From Chloroflexota bacterium (lineage in GTDB: Bacteria; Chloroflexota; Limnocylindria; Limnocylindrales; CSP1-4), in contig JADGQJ010000003.1 in the NCBI GenBank assembly GCA_017881885.1, positions 1-35,173 on the forward strand: a stretch of DNA of 35,173 nucleotides. Reading direction: 5' to 3'. The notes beneath the pieces were generated by a model. That model saw nothing but the letters and a program-made list of their open reading frames with translations. It was not told where the DNA came from and did not search any database. Every line of letters starts with the position of its first letter. Within the stretch, counting starts at the first letter, position 1. The translations under genes and the position numbers were made by a program. Positions 8,813-17,733 of this stretch are shown piece by piece.

Positions 8813-9615
8813 TGCTCGCCCGCCGCGTGATCCCGTGCCTGGACGTCGCCAACGGCCGCGTCGTGAAGGGAACCCGGTTCGTCGACCTCACCGACGAGGG
8901 TGATCCGGCCGAACTGGCCGAACGCTACGCCCGCGAGGGAGCAGACGAGATCGTCTTCCTCGACATAACCGCTGCCCCCGAAGGACGCGGAACGATCCTC
9001 GACGTGGTCCGGCGAACGGCGAGCCGGGCATTCGTGCCGCTCACCGTCGGCGGCGGCGTGCGCTCGGTCGACGAAATGCGCGATGTCCTGCGCGCCGGAG
9101 CGGACAAGGTGTCGTTCAACACCGCCGCCGTGGCGGATCCGGAGCTTCTCACGGCCTGTGCCCGCCGATTCGGCCGCCAGGCGGTCGTCTGCGCCATCGA
9201 CGCGCGGCGGTTGCCTGCGTCCGCCGAGACTGATACCGGCGTTCCCGCCGCCTGGGAAGTCGTGACGCACGGCGGCCGAACTCGTGCCGGTTTGGACGCC
9301 ATCGAATGGGCGCAACGAGCCGTCGATCTCGGCGCCGGCGAGCTGCTCGTGACCTCGATGGATCGCGACGGCACGCGAAGCGGCTTCGACACGGAATTGC
9401 TACGGGCCATCTCGTCGCGCGTTCGAGTGCCGGTGATTGCATCAGGCGGCGCCGCAGGACCGGCGGACTTCGTGGTGGCCGTGCGCGAGGGCGGCGCCGA
9501 CGCCGTGCTTGCCGCCTCGATCTTCCACCGCCGCATGTTCTCGATAGATACGGTCAAGCAGGCGATGGCCGCGGCGGGATTGCCGGTCCGGCCCGTTGCG
9601 GAGGTCGCGGCATGA
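8812..9615 (+). CDS. hisF: Imidazole glycerol phosphate synthase, cyclase subunit
   Basis: [68 protein letters not shown]. Confidence 0.97.
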   Translation: MLARRVIPCLDVANGRVVKGTRFVDLTDEGDPAELAERYAREGADEIVFLDITAAPEGRGTILDVVRRTASRAFVPLTVGGGVRSVDEMRDVLRAGADKVSFNTAAVADPELLTACARRFGRQAVVCAIDARRLPASAETDTGVPAAWEVVTHGGRTRAGLDAIEWAQRAVDLGAGELLVTSMDRDGTRSGFDTELLRAISSRVRVPVIASGGAAGPADFVVAVREGGADAVLAASIFHRRMFSIDTVKQAMAAAGLPVRPVAEVAA

Positions 9616-10337
9616 AGTCCAACCGTGTATTCGAGCGTGCTGTCTCGTGGGGACTGAGCGGACTTGTGCCGGCCGTAGTCCAGGACGTCGCCGACGGCCG
9701 CGTCCTGATGGTGGCCTACGTCGACGCCGAGGCTCTCGCGGCCACACTCGCCGGCGGCGAGGTCCATTTCCACTCGCGGTCGCGCGACCGCCTCTGGCGC
9801 AAGGGCGAGACGAGCGGCAACGTCCTGCGTCTTGTCGACATCGCTCTCGACTGCGACGGGGACGCGTTGCTCTTCCAGGTAGAGCCAGTCGGGCCGACAT
9901 GCCACCGCGGAACGCGAAGCTGCTTCGACGCGACCGCCGCGGGCGCCTCAGCCGACGGGAACGCTCCAACCGCTATCGCAGCCCCACTCGCAGCCGCGGC
10001 GGCGCCCATTTCCGCCGCTCAGGGCTTCGCCTGGCTGGAGACGCTGTGGGCGACCATCGACTCTCGTGCCGGTGCCGACCCGGCCGCCTCATACACGGCC
10101 CGCCTTCTCGCGGGCGGCGTGGACGCGCCTGCGCGCAAGGTCGCCGAAGAGGCCACCGAAGTCCTGATGGCCGCCAAGGACGACGCCGTCGCCGCAATCG
10201 ACCGCCGCGACAAGACGCGCGACGCCCTCACCGGCGAGGTCGCCGATCTCCTATACCACACGCTCGTTGTGCTCCGCGAACGTGGCCTCCCGCCGTCCGA
10301 AGTCATCGCCCGCCTTCAGGAGCGGCACAAGAGCTAG
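9612..10337 (+). CDS. hisIE: Bifunctional phosphoribosyl-AMP cyclohydrolase / phosphoribosyl-ATP pyrophosphatase
   Basis: HisI motifs SRSR..LW.KGETSGN, DCDGDAL, TCH.G..SCF; Ala-rich linker; HisE motifs [20 protein letters not shown]. Confidence 0.95.
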   Translation: MKSNRVFERAVSWGLSGLVPAVVQDVADGRVLMVAYVDAEALAATLAGGEVHFHSRSRDRLWRKGETSGNVLRLVDIALDCDGDALLFQVEPVGPTCHRGTRSCFDATAAGASADGNAPTAIAAPLAAAAAPISAAQGFAWLETLWATIDSRAGADPAASYTARLLAGGVDAPARKVAEEATEVLMAAKDDAVAAIDRRDKTRDALTGEVADLLYHTLVVLRERGLPPSEVIARLQERHKS

Positions 10338-10409
10338 CGGCCCCTTCGCCTGCCGTTACGACCCGGCGATCCCGATTTCGAACGATCCGGCGGCACGATC
10401 GCGCAATTC

Positions 10410-10455
10410 GGGCCATCTCTGTCCGGTGGGACCGGACATCCGCACGATCAGGCCC
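10410..10455. terminator. Hairpin between convergent hisIE and tyrS
   Basis: TGTCCGGT-GGG-ACCGGACA perfect 8-bp stem (10420-10438) inside an outer GGGCC/GGCCC pair; no U-tract. Confidence 0.4.
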
Positions 10456-10466
10456 GCCCCACGGCC

Positions 10467-11789
10467 CTAGGCGCGGAGCCGCCCGATTCGCAGGCGCTTC
10501 TTGCCCATTCGGACAACGAGGTAACGGCCGTCGATCGGCGCCGGCACGGCGTCTTCGGGGGCGCCGACTCGCTCGTCGTTGATCGAGAGCCCGCCCTGCA
10601 CGATGGTCCGGCGCGCCTCGCCGTTCGAGGCAAACAGGCCGCTCGCCACCGCAAGTCGGAGTGCTCCGCCGGCCAGGTCTTCGGACGTGAACTCGAAGTG
10701 CTCGAGAGCCTCGAACAACCCAGCCAGCAACTCTGGGTCGCGGATCGGCTCGGTCGAGAAGGCTGCCCCGCTAACCCGCACGGCCCGGCTAGCTTCGCCG
10801 TCGCCGTGGACTCGCGCGGTGAGGTCGTACGCCACCGCTTTCTGGGCGTCACGCCGCTCGGGATGCGCCGCCATGTCCGCTTCGAGCCCCTCGATCTTGG
10901 CCCGGTCGAAGAGCGTGAAGGTGCGCAGATACTTGCCCACGTCGCGGTCGTCTGCGTCGAGCCAGTACTGGTAGAACGCGTATGGGCTCGTCTTGGCCGG
11001 ATCGAGCCAGACGCTCGTACCGGCGGCCGTCTTGCCAAACTTCGTGCCGCTCTCGTTGGTCAAGAGCGGATAGCTCAGCGCGAATCCGAGATCCTGGCCG
11101 TCGCCGGCCCCGAACTCCTTGCGGATGACCTCCAGGCCGGCCGTCATGTTGCCCCACTGGTCGGCGCCGCCCATCTGCAACTCGACGCCCCCGTTTCGAT
11201 AGAGGTGCAGGAAGTCGGCGGCCTGGAGCAGCATGTAGCTGAACTCGGTGAAGCTCAGGCCGGCGTCCAGGCGGATCTGGACCGAGTCCTTGGCCAGCAT
11301 GTACGGCACAGTCAGGTGCTTGCCGATGTCGCGCAGGAACCGCAGCAGCGAGTACGAGCTAAGCCACTCGTAGTTGTCGACGACTTCGGCCCCGTTCGAT
11401 CCGTCGAAGTCGAGGAACTTCGTCAGCTGGGCCTGGATGCCCACCACGTTCTCCTCGACGACCGGCCGGCTCAGGAGGAGCCGCTCCGCCGACCGACCGG
11501 ACGGATCGCCGATCATGGCCGTGCCTCCACCGACCACGACGATCGGCACGCCGCCCGCTCGCTGGAGATGGAGCAATCCGAAGATCGGGACCAGATGCCC
11601 GATATGGAGCGAAGGGCCCGTCGGGTCGAATCCGTTGTAACCCTTGATCTGGACTCCGGTCGCCAGCCGCTCGGCCAGGCCGCCGCTGTGCTGGTGCAGC
11701 ATCCCCCGCCAGCGCAACTCGTCGAGCAATCCGGCCTGACCTGGTGCGCTCGCGAACCCTCGCCCGCCTTTCGCGTCAGCTCCCGTCAT
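10467..11789 (-). CDS. tyrS: Tyrosine--tRNA ligase
   Basis: [49 protein letters not shown]-terminal S4 domain. Confidence 0.97.
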   Translation of the reverse strand: MTGADAKGGRGFASAPGQAGLLDELRWRGMLHQHSGGLAERLATGVQIKGYNGFDPTGPSLHIGHLVPIFGLLHLQRAGGVPIVVVGGGTAMIGDPSGRSAERLLLSRPVVEENVVGIQAQLTKFLDFDGSNGAEVVDNYEWLSSYSLLRFLRDIGKHLTVPYMLAKDSVQIRLDAGLSFTEFSYMLLQAADFLHLYRNGGVELQMGGADQWGNMTAGLEVIRKEFGAGDGQDLGFALSYPLLTNESGTKFGKTAAGTSVWLDPAKTSPYAFYQYWLDADDRDVGKYLRTFTLFDRAKIEGLEADMAAHPERRDAQKAVAYDLTARVHGDGEASRAVRVSGAAFSTEPIRDPELLAGLFEALEHFEFTSEDLAGGALRLAVASGLFASNGEARRTIVQGGLSINDERVGAPEDAVPAPIDGRYLVVRMGKKRLRIGRLRA

Positions 11790-11883
11790 CGCCAGAACCG
11801 CTCCTCACTTGTCGTCACAGGCTTCGCCGTCGGCCCGTCCGAAGGCTTGGCGGCCGGGGGTGCGATGGCCGCTCACGTACGTA

Positions 11884-11892
11884 TGCTATCTT
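11884..11892 (+). promoter_or_regulatory. Extended -10 promoter for the PBP gene, overlapping a divergent TAGCAT -10 toward tyrS
   Basis: TG-C-TATCTT lies 10 nt before ATG 11903 with no SD. The reverse strand reads TAGCAT over the same bases. Confidence 0.45.
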
Positions 11893-11902
11893 GCGAGCCG
11901 CC

Positions 11903-14839
11903 ATGCAGACCAGCCTAGCCCGACGCCAACGCCGTCGACGCAACGGTCGCGGTGCTTCCCGAGGGGGGGCCGTCGGACGCTTCGCCGTGATTCTCCCGAT
12001 GATTCTTCTCGGGGGCATGGTTGTGCTCGGTGCCGTCACGTTCGTTGGCGCGGTCGATGTTTACGCGACCTACAGCCGCGATCTGGAGGACCCCAGGACG
12101 CTCCTCCAGAAGATCAACTACAACCAGCAGACGATCCTGTACGACAGGACCGGGCAGATTCAACTGGCGGCTTATGGGTCGGAGAACCGGCGCGTTCTCA
12201 AGTTCGCCGAGATTCCCAACGTCGTCCTGGACGCGACGACGACGGCCGAGGACAAGACCTTCTGGACCAACACCGGCTTCGATCCGGCGGCGGTCCTGGC
12301 GGCATTCCGAGACGCCATCTCCGGACGCCCCAGAGGCGCCTCAACCATCACTCAGCAGCTCGTCAAACAGCGCCTTCTGCCGCCCACGACCAGCACGGTC
12401 GACCGCAAGATCAAGGAGATCATCCAGTCGGTCAAGCTCACCCAGGAGTTCCCGGGTGAGGAAGGCAAGCAGACGATCATCACCAACTATCTGAACCTGA
12501 ACTTCTACGGCAACCAGAGCTACGGCATCGCCTCCGCCGCCCAGGGCTACTTCGGCATCAGGGATCTGAGCCAGCTGACGATTGCCCAGTCTGTGATCCT
12601 GGCCTCATTGCTGCAGGCGCCCGGTGCCTACGATCTCGTCCAGAACGCGGAGGAACAGCCGGACGGCAGGCTCATCGTGCCGAAAGACGCCCCGATCGTG
12701 GCTCGCCGCAACGACATCCTCGAGGAGATGCGCCAGAACCTGCGCGACAACCTGCTCCGGGGGTCCTACACGGACGCGGCCATCGTGGCCGCCGAATCAG
12801 AGCCGGTCGTGGTCCGATCTCAGGTTCAGAACCAGCTTCTCGCCCCTCACTTCGACGAGCAGGTGCGAGAGCAGCTTGCGGATCTGCTGTGCGGCGCCGG
12901 CACCGATCCGGCCGACTGCGAGGCAGTGGACACGGGCGGCTTCAAGGTAATCACGACGCTGGACACGAAGATGCAGGCTTCCGCGGAGAAGTGGCTGAAG
13001 GCGTACATCGTGGCCCCGAACCAGGGCTCGAAACAGGCCACGATCGACTACCTGGCAGGGCTTGGCATCACCGCCAAATCGGACCCGTTCGACTACCTCA
13101 GGATCGTCGGTCCGAACCCGACGACCGGCAACAAGAACGGCCTGCGCGCGAGCAATATGCACAACGGGGCCCTCATCGCAGTCGACTATCGAACCGGCCA
13201 GGTGCTTGCCTACGCCGGCAGCGCCGGGTTCTACGAGAAGCCGGTGAAAAACCCGGCCAAGTCGGGCAAGAACCTGTTCGACCCGCAGTTCGACGTCCTG
13301 AGCAACGGCTATCGCCAGCCGGGTTCGTCGTTCAAGCCGATCAACTACACCGTCGGCCTCCAGGACAAGACGATGACGGCGGCGTCGCTCTTCATGGACG
13401 TGGCCACCGATATGGGCGGCGGCTACAAGCCCCACGACGCCGACAACTACGAGCGCGGTCCGGTCCGCCTCCGCGAGGCCCTCCAGTACTCGCTCAATAT
13501 TCCGGCCGTCAAGGCAGCCTCGATCAACGGCGTCCAACACCTGCTGGACCGGGCCCAGGACTTCGGGCTTTCCTTCCCGCCGAACCCGGATCCGGGAGTC
13601 TCGCTCGGCATTGGGACGGTCGAAGTCCGACCGGCCGATCTAGTGTCCGCGTACGGCGCAATCGCCGACGGCGGCACCCTTGTTCAGCGCTCGATGATCG
13701 TCTCCGTCACCGACGCGAAGGGCAATCTCGTCTGGTCGCAGAACGCCAACCAGCCGGCCCGGACGCACCCGACGACGCCGCAGGCCGCATACGTCATGAC
13801 GGACATACTCAAGGGCAATACCGACCCGGCCCAGAACAACTGGTGGAGCCAGTACAAGCTGACGGATGGTGCCCGGCGGCCCGCGGCGCTCAAGACCGGC
13901 ACCAGCGACCAGACCGAAGATCTCTTCGCGGTCGGCTACGTAGCGCCACCCGACGATCCCACCGCACACGCCATCGTGTCGGGCGTATGGGCCGGCAACA
14001 GCGACCGGACGGCCGGCACGAGCGTGATGTCCCTCGAACTTGCCGCCCCGATGTGGCATGCGTTCATGCAGGATGTCACTGCGGGCACGCCCAAAGTCGA
14101 CTTCAAGCAGCCGGGCGGCCTGACGTGGGCCAACGTGGACGCGTTCAGCGGAATGCTTCCCGGCCCCTACTCGGGCAAGGTCGTCCGTGAGGTCTTCATC
14201 AACGGCACCGTTCCGACGCAGGTCGACAACACCAAAGTCTCGAAGGACATCGACACCGTCACCAACACACTCTGGACCTACGACTGTCCGGGCGTGAAGG
14301 ACACCAGGGGGTTCCTGGACTTGAGCCAGGTCGATGCCGGCAACGCCAACTTCCAGAACTTCGATCAAATCTGGATTTCGCGCGCCATGACCGGCGTCAA
14401 GAAGCGGGGTGGCCCCAACAACGGCTACACCATGTACTTCTACCAGACGGGCTTCTGGACGCCGTACGGGGCAAGCTGGGGTGCGCCGTTCGCACCGAAG
14501 ACATACTGCACTTCCAACACCGGAACGCCGCCGCCGCCCACGCCGACACCGGAGCCGACGCCGACCCCGGGACCTACCCCGGTGCCCACGCCGACCGCAG
14601 CGCCGACGCCGACACCGACGCCCGCACCGGTGCCCACGCCGACCGCAGCGCCGACGCCGACTCCGACGCCCGCGCCGACTCCGACGCCCACCCTGATATT
14701 CCCCGGTCTGGCGCTCTTCTCGCTGATCGGCCGAAAGAGCCGCGTGGCGCGGGGCCGCGTGGCGCGGGGCCGCGTGGCGCGGGGCCGGCTAGCTTCCGCG
14801 GCGCATGAGAGTCCTCGCGATATCCGTCACCGTCGTTAG
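11903..14839 (+). CDS. Class A penicillin-binding protein (PBP1A family transglycosylase/transpeptidase) with Pro/Thr-rich C-terminal tail
   Basis: Basic N-terminus plus TM helix. GT51 motifs [30 protein letters not shown]. Transpeptidase motifs SxxK (QPGSSFK), SxN (SLN), KTG. Confidence 0.95.
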   Translation: MQTSLARRQRRRRNGRGASRGGAVGRFAVILPMILLGGMVVLGAVTFVGAVDVYATYSRDLEDPRTLLQKINYNQQTILYDRTGQIQLAAYGSENRRVLKFAEIPNVVLDATTTAEDKTFWTNTGFDPAAVLAAFRDAISGRPRGASTITQQLVKQRLLPPTTSTVDRKIKEIIQSVKLTQEFPGEEGKQTIITNYLNLNFYGNQSYGIASAAQGYFGIRDLSQLTIAQSVILASLLQAPGAYDLVQNAEEQPDGRLIVPKDAPIVARRNDILEEMRQNLRDNLLRGSYTDAAIVAAESEPVVVRSQVQNQLLAPHFDEQVREQLADLLCGAGTDPADCEAVDTGGFKVITTLDTKMQASAEKWLKAYIVAPNQGSKQATIDYLAGLGITAKSDPFDYLRIVGPNPTTGNKNGLRASNMHNGALIAVDYRTGQVLAYAGSAGFYEKPVKNPAKSGKNLFDPQFDVLSNGYRQPGSSFKPINYTVGLQDKTMTAASLFMDVATDMGGGYKPHDADNYERGPVRLREALQYSLNIPAVKAASINGVQHLLDRAQDFGLSFPPNPDPGVSLGIGTVEVRPADLVSAYGAIADGGTLVQRSMIVSVTDAKGNLVWSQNANQPARTHPTTPQAAYVMTDILKGNTDPAQNNWWSQYKLTDGARRPAALKTGTSDQTEDLFAVGYVAPPDDPTAHAIVSGVWAGNSDRTAGTSVMSLELAAPMWHAFMQDVTAGTPKVDFKQPGGLTWANVDAFSGMLPGPYSGKVVREVFINGTVPTQVDNTKVSKDIDTVTNTLWTYDCPGVKDTRGFLDLSQVDAGNANFQNFDQIWISRAMTGVKKRGGPNNGYTMYFYQTGFWTPYGASWGAPFAPKTYCTSNTGTPPPPTPTPEPTPTPGPTPVPTPTAAPTPTPTPAPVPTPTAAPTPTPTPAPTPTPTLIFPGLALFSLIGRKSRVARGRVARGRVARGRLASAAHESPRDIRHRR
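14579..14674 (+). repeat. 48-bp tandem duplication ([16 protein letters not shown] x2) within the PBP Pro/Thr linker
   Basis: Units 14579-14626 and 14627-14674 differ at two synonymous positions. Confidence 0.9.
14739..14787 (+). repeat. 15-bp perfect tandem repeat GCCGCGTGGCGCGGG x3.3 (VARGR x3)
   Basis: Read directly from the sequence; each unit contains a CCGCG-TGG-CGCGG mini-hairpin. Confidence 0.92.
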
Positions 14840-16414
14840 CTCGGGCAGCCGCAGCAGGCGCCCCCACGCCAGGTAGACGGCGAGCCCGACCAGGCCCGCC
14901 AGCCCCAGATCCACGACCAGGATCGGCAGCGATGTCGAGCTGTGCGTGAAGTTGGCCACCAACCGGTCCATGGCAAGAGCGGCGGCTGCCGCAAGCGACG
15001 CTCCCGGCAGGGCGAATGCGACCGTCAGGCCGAGGGGCCGCAGGTCGAACCCCTGCCGGCGTCGCATCATCAGGAATAGCATCGAAACCTCCGCCCACGC
15101 CCCAAGGCCGATCGCCAGGGCCAACCCATTGAGCTGGAACAGCGGGAACAACACCGCAGCCGCCGCGACGTCAACCGCGACGGCGAGCAACGCCGCCGCT
15201 ACCGGAGTCCTGGTGTCCTTGCCGGCGTAGAAGATCGGCGCCAGGAGCGAGATGAGGACGTGCGCCACCAATCCGACGAGGAAGACGAGGAAGACCGGGA
15301 TCGTCGCCGCCGTGTCCTCGGGCCTGAATGCGCCGCGCTGGTATAGAAGCTGCATGGCCGGTGTCGCGAGCACGAGCATCAAGCCTGTGAGTGGGATGGC
15401 GGCGTAGAGCAGCAGCCGTAACGAGCGTTCGACGAGGCTGCGGAAGCGCTCCATATCGCCTCGGGCTATCGCCTGCGACAGCGGCGGCAGCAGGACGATG
15501 CCGAGCGGCACTCCGATCAGGCCTACGGGGATCTGGAGGGCCGTGAACGCTCCCGTATAGACCGTCAGCGCGCCGTGTCCTGGCATCTGAAGAGCGAAGT
15601 ATGTGTTTACCAGGAAGACGATTTGGGTAGCTCCCAGGCCGAGCGCACGCGGCGCCATCAAGAGCAGCGTCTCGCGAACTGCCGGGTCGTGGAAGTCGAG
15701 GACGAGGCTGTACAGGCCGTTCTGGCGGACCGCACGAGCCTGGGTTGCCACGTGGCCGGCGGCGCCGATGACAACCCCGAGCGCAAGCGCGTAGACCCCC
15801 ATCGCCGGCGTCAGGGCCAGTGCGCAGACGATGATCGCGATGTTGTAGACGTTTGGCGCGAGAGCTGGTGCCCCGAAGACACCGGACGCATTGAGTCCGG
15901 CGGTCATGACCGCAGCGATGGCGAGCAGGATCGGCGAAAGCAGCATCCACCGCGTCAGCGTTATCTCCAGGGCTAGCTTGCCGGCTCCGGCGGACGGATC
16001 GATTATCGGAACGAGAGTCGGCGCCGCAAACCACACCACCACCGCCAGCGGAATAAGCACGATGAGCATCAGGTTGGCGACGGTGGCCACGACTCGACGT
16101 GCCCTCTGCTCTTCGCCCTTTGCCAGCAGCGCCGAGGCAACCGGCACGAGCGCGGATCCGACGGCTCCCGCCGCGACCAGTTGAAAGAGAGTGTCCGGGA
16201 TACGGAACGCCGCCCAGAAGGCATCCAGATCCGCACTGGTCCCGTATTCGGACAGGAATACGGACGTCCGAACCCATCCGAGCAGCCGCGAGAGGACGAT
16301 CCCCGCGACGACGACCAGCCCGGCCATGGCTATGGCGCGGCCGCCGAGCCGGGCCGCGCTGGCCTTCGATAGATCCGGAGTCGCCGGCGACGTTGTCTCC
16401 GCGCTCAGGACCAC
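14789..16414 (-). CDS. murJ: Lipid II flippase MurJ (MviN)
   Basis: [30 protein letters not shown]...DT, FYA.KDTRTP, GLALA; many TM helices. Start uncertain (GTG 16414 or 16426). Confidence 0.93.
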   Translation of the reverse strand: MVLSAETTSPATPDLSKASAARLGGRAIAMAGLVVVAGIVLSRLLGWVRTSVFLSEYGTSADLDAFWAAFRIPDTLFQLVAAGAVGSALVPVASALLAKGEEQRARRVVATVANLMLIVLIPLAVVVWFAAPTLVPIIDPSAGAGKLALEITLTRWMLLSPILLAIAAVMTAGLNASGVFGAPALAPNVYNIAIIVCALALTPAMGVYALALGVVIGAAGHVATQARAVRQNGLYSLVLDFHDPAVRETLLLMAPRALGLGATQIVFLVNTYFALQMPGHGALTVYTGAFTALQIPVGLIGVPLGIVLLPPLSQAIARGDMERFRSLVERSLRLLLYAAIPLTGLMLVLATPAMQLLYQRGAFRPEDTAATIPVFLVFLVGLVAHVLISLLAPIFYAGKDTRTPVAAALLAVAVDVAAAAVLFPLFQLNGLALAIGLGAWAEVSMLFLMMRRRQGFDLRPLGLTVAFALPGASLAAAAALAMDRLVANFTHSSTSLPILVVDLGLAGLVGLAVYLAWGRLLRLPELTTVTDIARTLMRRGS

Positions 16415-16539
16415 GTCACCCGCCACGTTCTCGGGCGAGGTCTGTAAGTATCGACGAGGCTGCCACGAGCCTTCCCGTACGGAAGGTGGGCGGCCGACCC
16501 TGCGCGAGCCGGGCGGGCGACGAGCACCCGGGCTGCCGT

Positions 16540-17646
16540 TCACCGGAATCGCCGCGCCAATCGCCAGAGCGCTCCCAGGAGCTGATGCGGCGCGTATTCG
16601 TGGGCGCGGACCCGAACCTCGCCGATGGCTCCAAGGCGCCGCTTGAACTCGTAGAGGTTCCAGAGCGGGTGCGAGTTGTCTTTGGGCAGGCCCGGGAACG
16701 CGTGCGTGTCGACGCCGCCCAGGTCGTAGCCTTCGAAGCCGGCCGTGGCGGCCCAGCGCAAAATCGACCAATGCAGGAGGTGATTGGCCCGGTTCTTACG
16801 CAGGTCGGCGTCGTCCGGAGAGCCGGCCGCGAACAGCACCACGTACCGGCCGCAGTGCAACAGGAGCAGCCCGCTACGCCGCCGGCCCTCGACTGAGGCG
16901 AACCAGAGACTGGCCAGGCCCGCCTCCCCCAGGCTCCTCCACTGGTTCAGCTCATATTCGCGGTCCCGCACCAGGAAGTCCTCGCGCCGGCCGGTGGCGG
17001 CGTGCATCTCGAAGAACTCGGCCAACGCCGCCTCTCGGACGTCTGGCGATGTGAGGTCCACCTGCTCCGTGGAGACGCCCGCACGGCGCGCCTTGTTGAT
17101 GTTCGTGGCCGTCGAGTCGTCCAGGAGCGCGTGCTGCTCATCCTCGTCGGCGCGGATCGGGATGACCATCGCGGTGCGCGAAACCTGGACTTCCCTCGCC
17201 GCAGGGTGAAATCCCGATTCGGGCAGCTTCGCCGCCAATTCGCCATCCTCGAGCCAGGTTGGGTCGATGGTGAGCGCCAGGCTATGACGGGCGCGGGCAA
17301 TGCCCTCCAGAGCCCGCAGGACCGCGCTGGCGGCCACAGGCGTCGCCTCCAGCAGGATGGGGCCCCGTGGCGCGTAATGGACGCGGAGGCGCCCCAGCGG
17401 CCCGGGCACGCGGCGCATGAGTGGCCGCTCCTGAATGGACACCACGCCGACCCGCCGTCCGTCCAGTTCGACGGCATAACGGAGCGGCGTCCAGCCCAGG
17501 CTGCGTTTGACCTCGCCCCACTCGTAGGACTGGAACGCGTCGCCGAGCGGGCTCCGTGCCGCCAGGGCGTCCCAATCGGTCGCCGACCAGGCACTCGCGT
17601 CGACGATGCCGTGCACACTGGCAGCGGCGTCTTGCCGTTTGCTCAC
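16540..17646 (-). CDS. FemAB/FemX-family peptidoglycan interpeptide-bridge aminoacyltransferase
   Basis: FQSYEWGEVK...GW, YAPRGP, NINKARRAGV, ANHLLHW..L.WA...G...YDLGG, LYEFKRRLG. GGAGG RBS before GTG 17646. Confidence 0.88.
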   Translation of the reverse strand: MSKRQDAAASVHGIVDASAWSATDWDALAARSPLGDAFQSYEWGEVKRSLGWTPLRYAVELDGRRVGVVSIQERPLMRRVPGPLGRLRVHYAPRGPILLEATPVAASAVLRALEGIARARHSLALTIDPTWLEDGELAAKLPESGFHPAAREVQVSRTAMVIPIRADEDEQHALLDDSTATNINKARRAGVSTEQVDLTSPDVREAALAEFFEMHAATGRREDFLVRDREYELNQWRSLGEAGLASLWFASVEGRRRSGLLLLHCGRYVVLFAAGSPDDADLRKNRANHLLHWSILRWAATAGFEGYDLGGVDTHAFPGLPKDNSHPLWNLYEFKRRLGAIGEVRVRAHEYAPHQLLGALWRLARRFR

Positions 17647-17733
17647 CAACTCCTCCACAGGGCCGCGACGCGTGACGGGCGGGGCCGCCGGCGGTTGATT
17701 CTCGCATCCCCGGGCGCGGAGCGCGGGTTCAAG

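Noticed and set aside
4092-9611. Long N-terminal extensions of the his ORFs given by the track (starts 4092, 4457, 5755, 6705, 8374, 9306)
   Set aside because: They run inside the upstream genes; the real starts coincide with ATGA/TGATG stop overlaps and family N-termini.
14521-14787. Repeats in the PBP tail (and in 27230-27350 and 32640-32712) as CRISPR or mobile repeats
   Set aside because: They are in-frame coding tandem repeats with no unique spacers and no cas or transposase genes.
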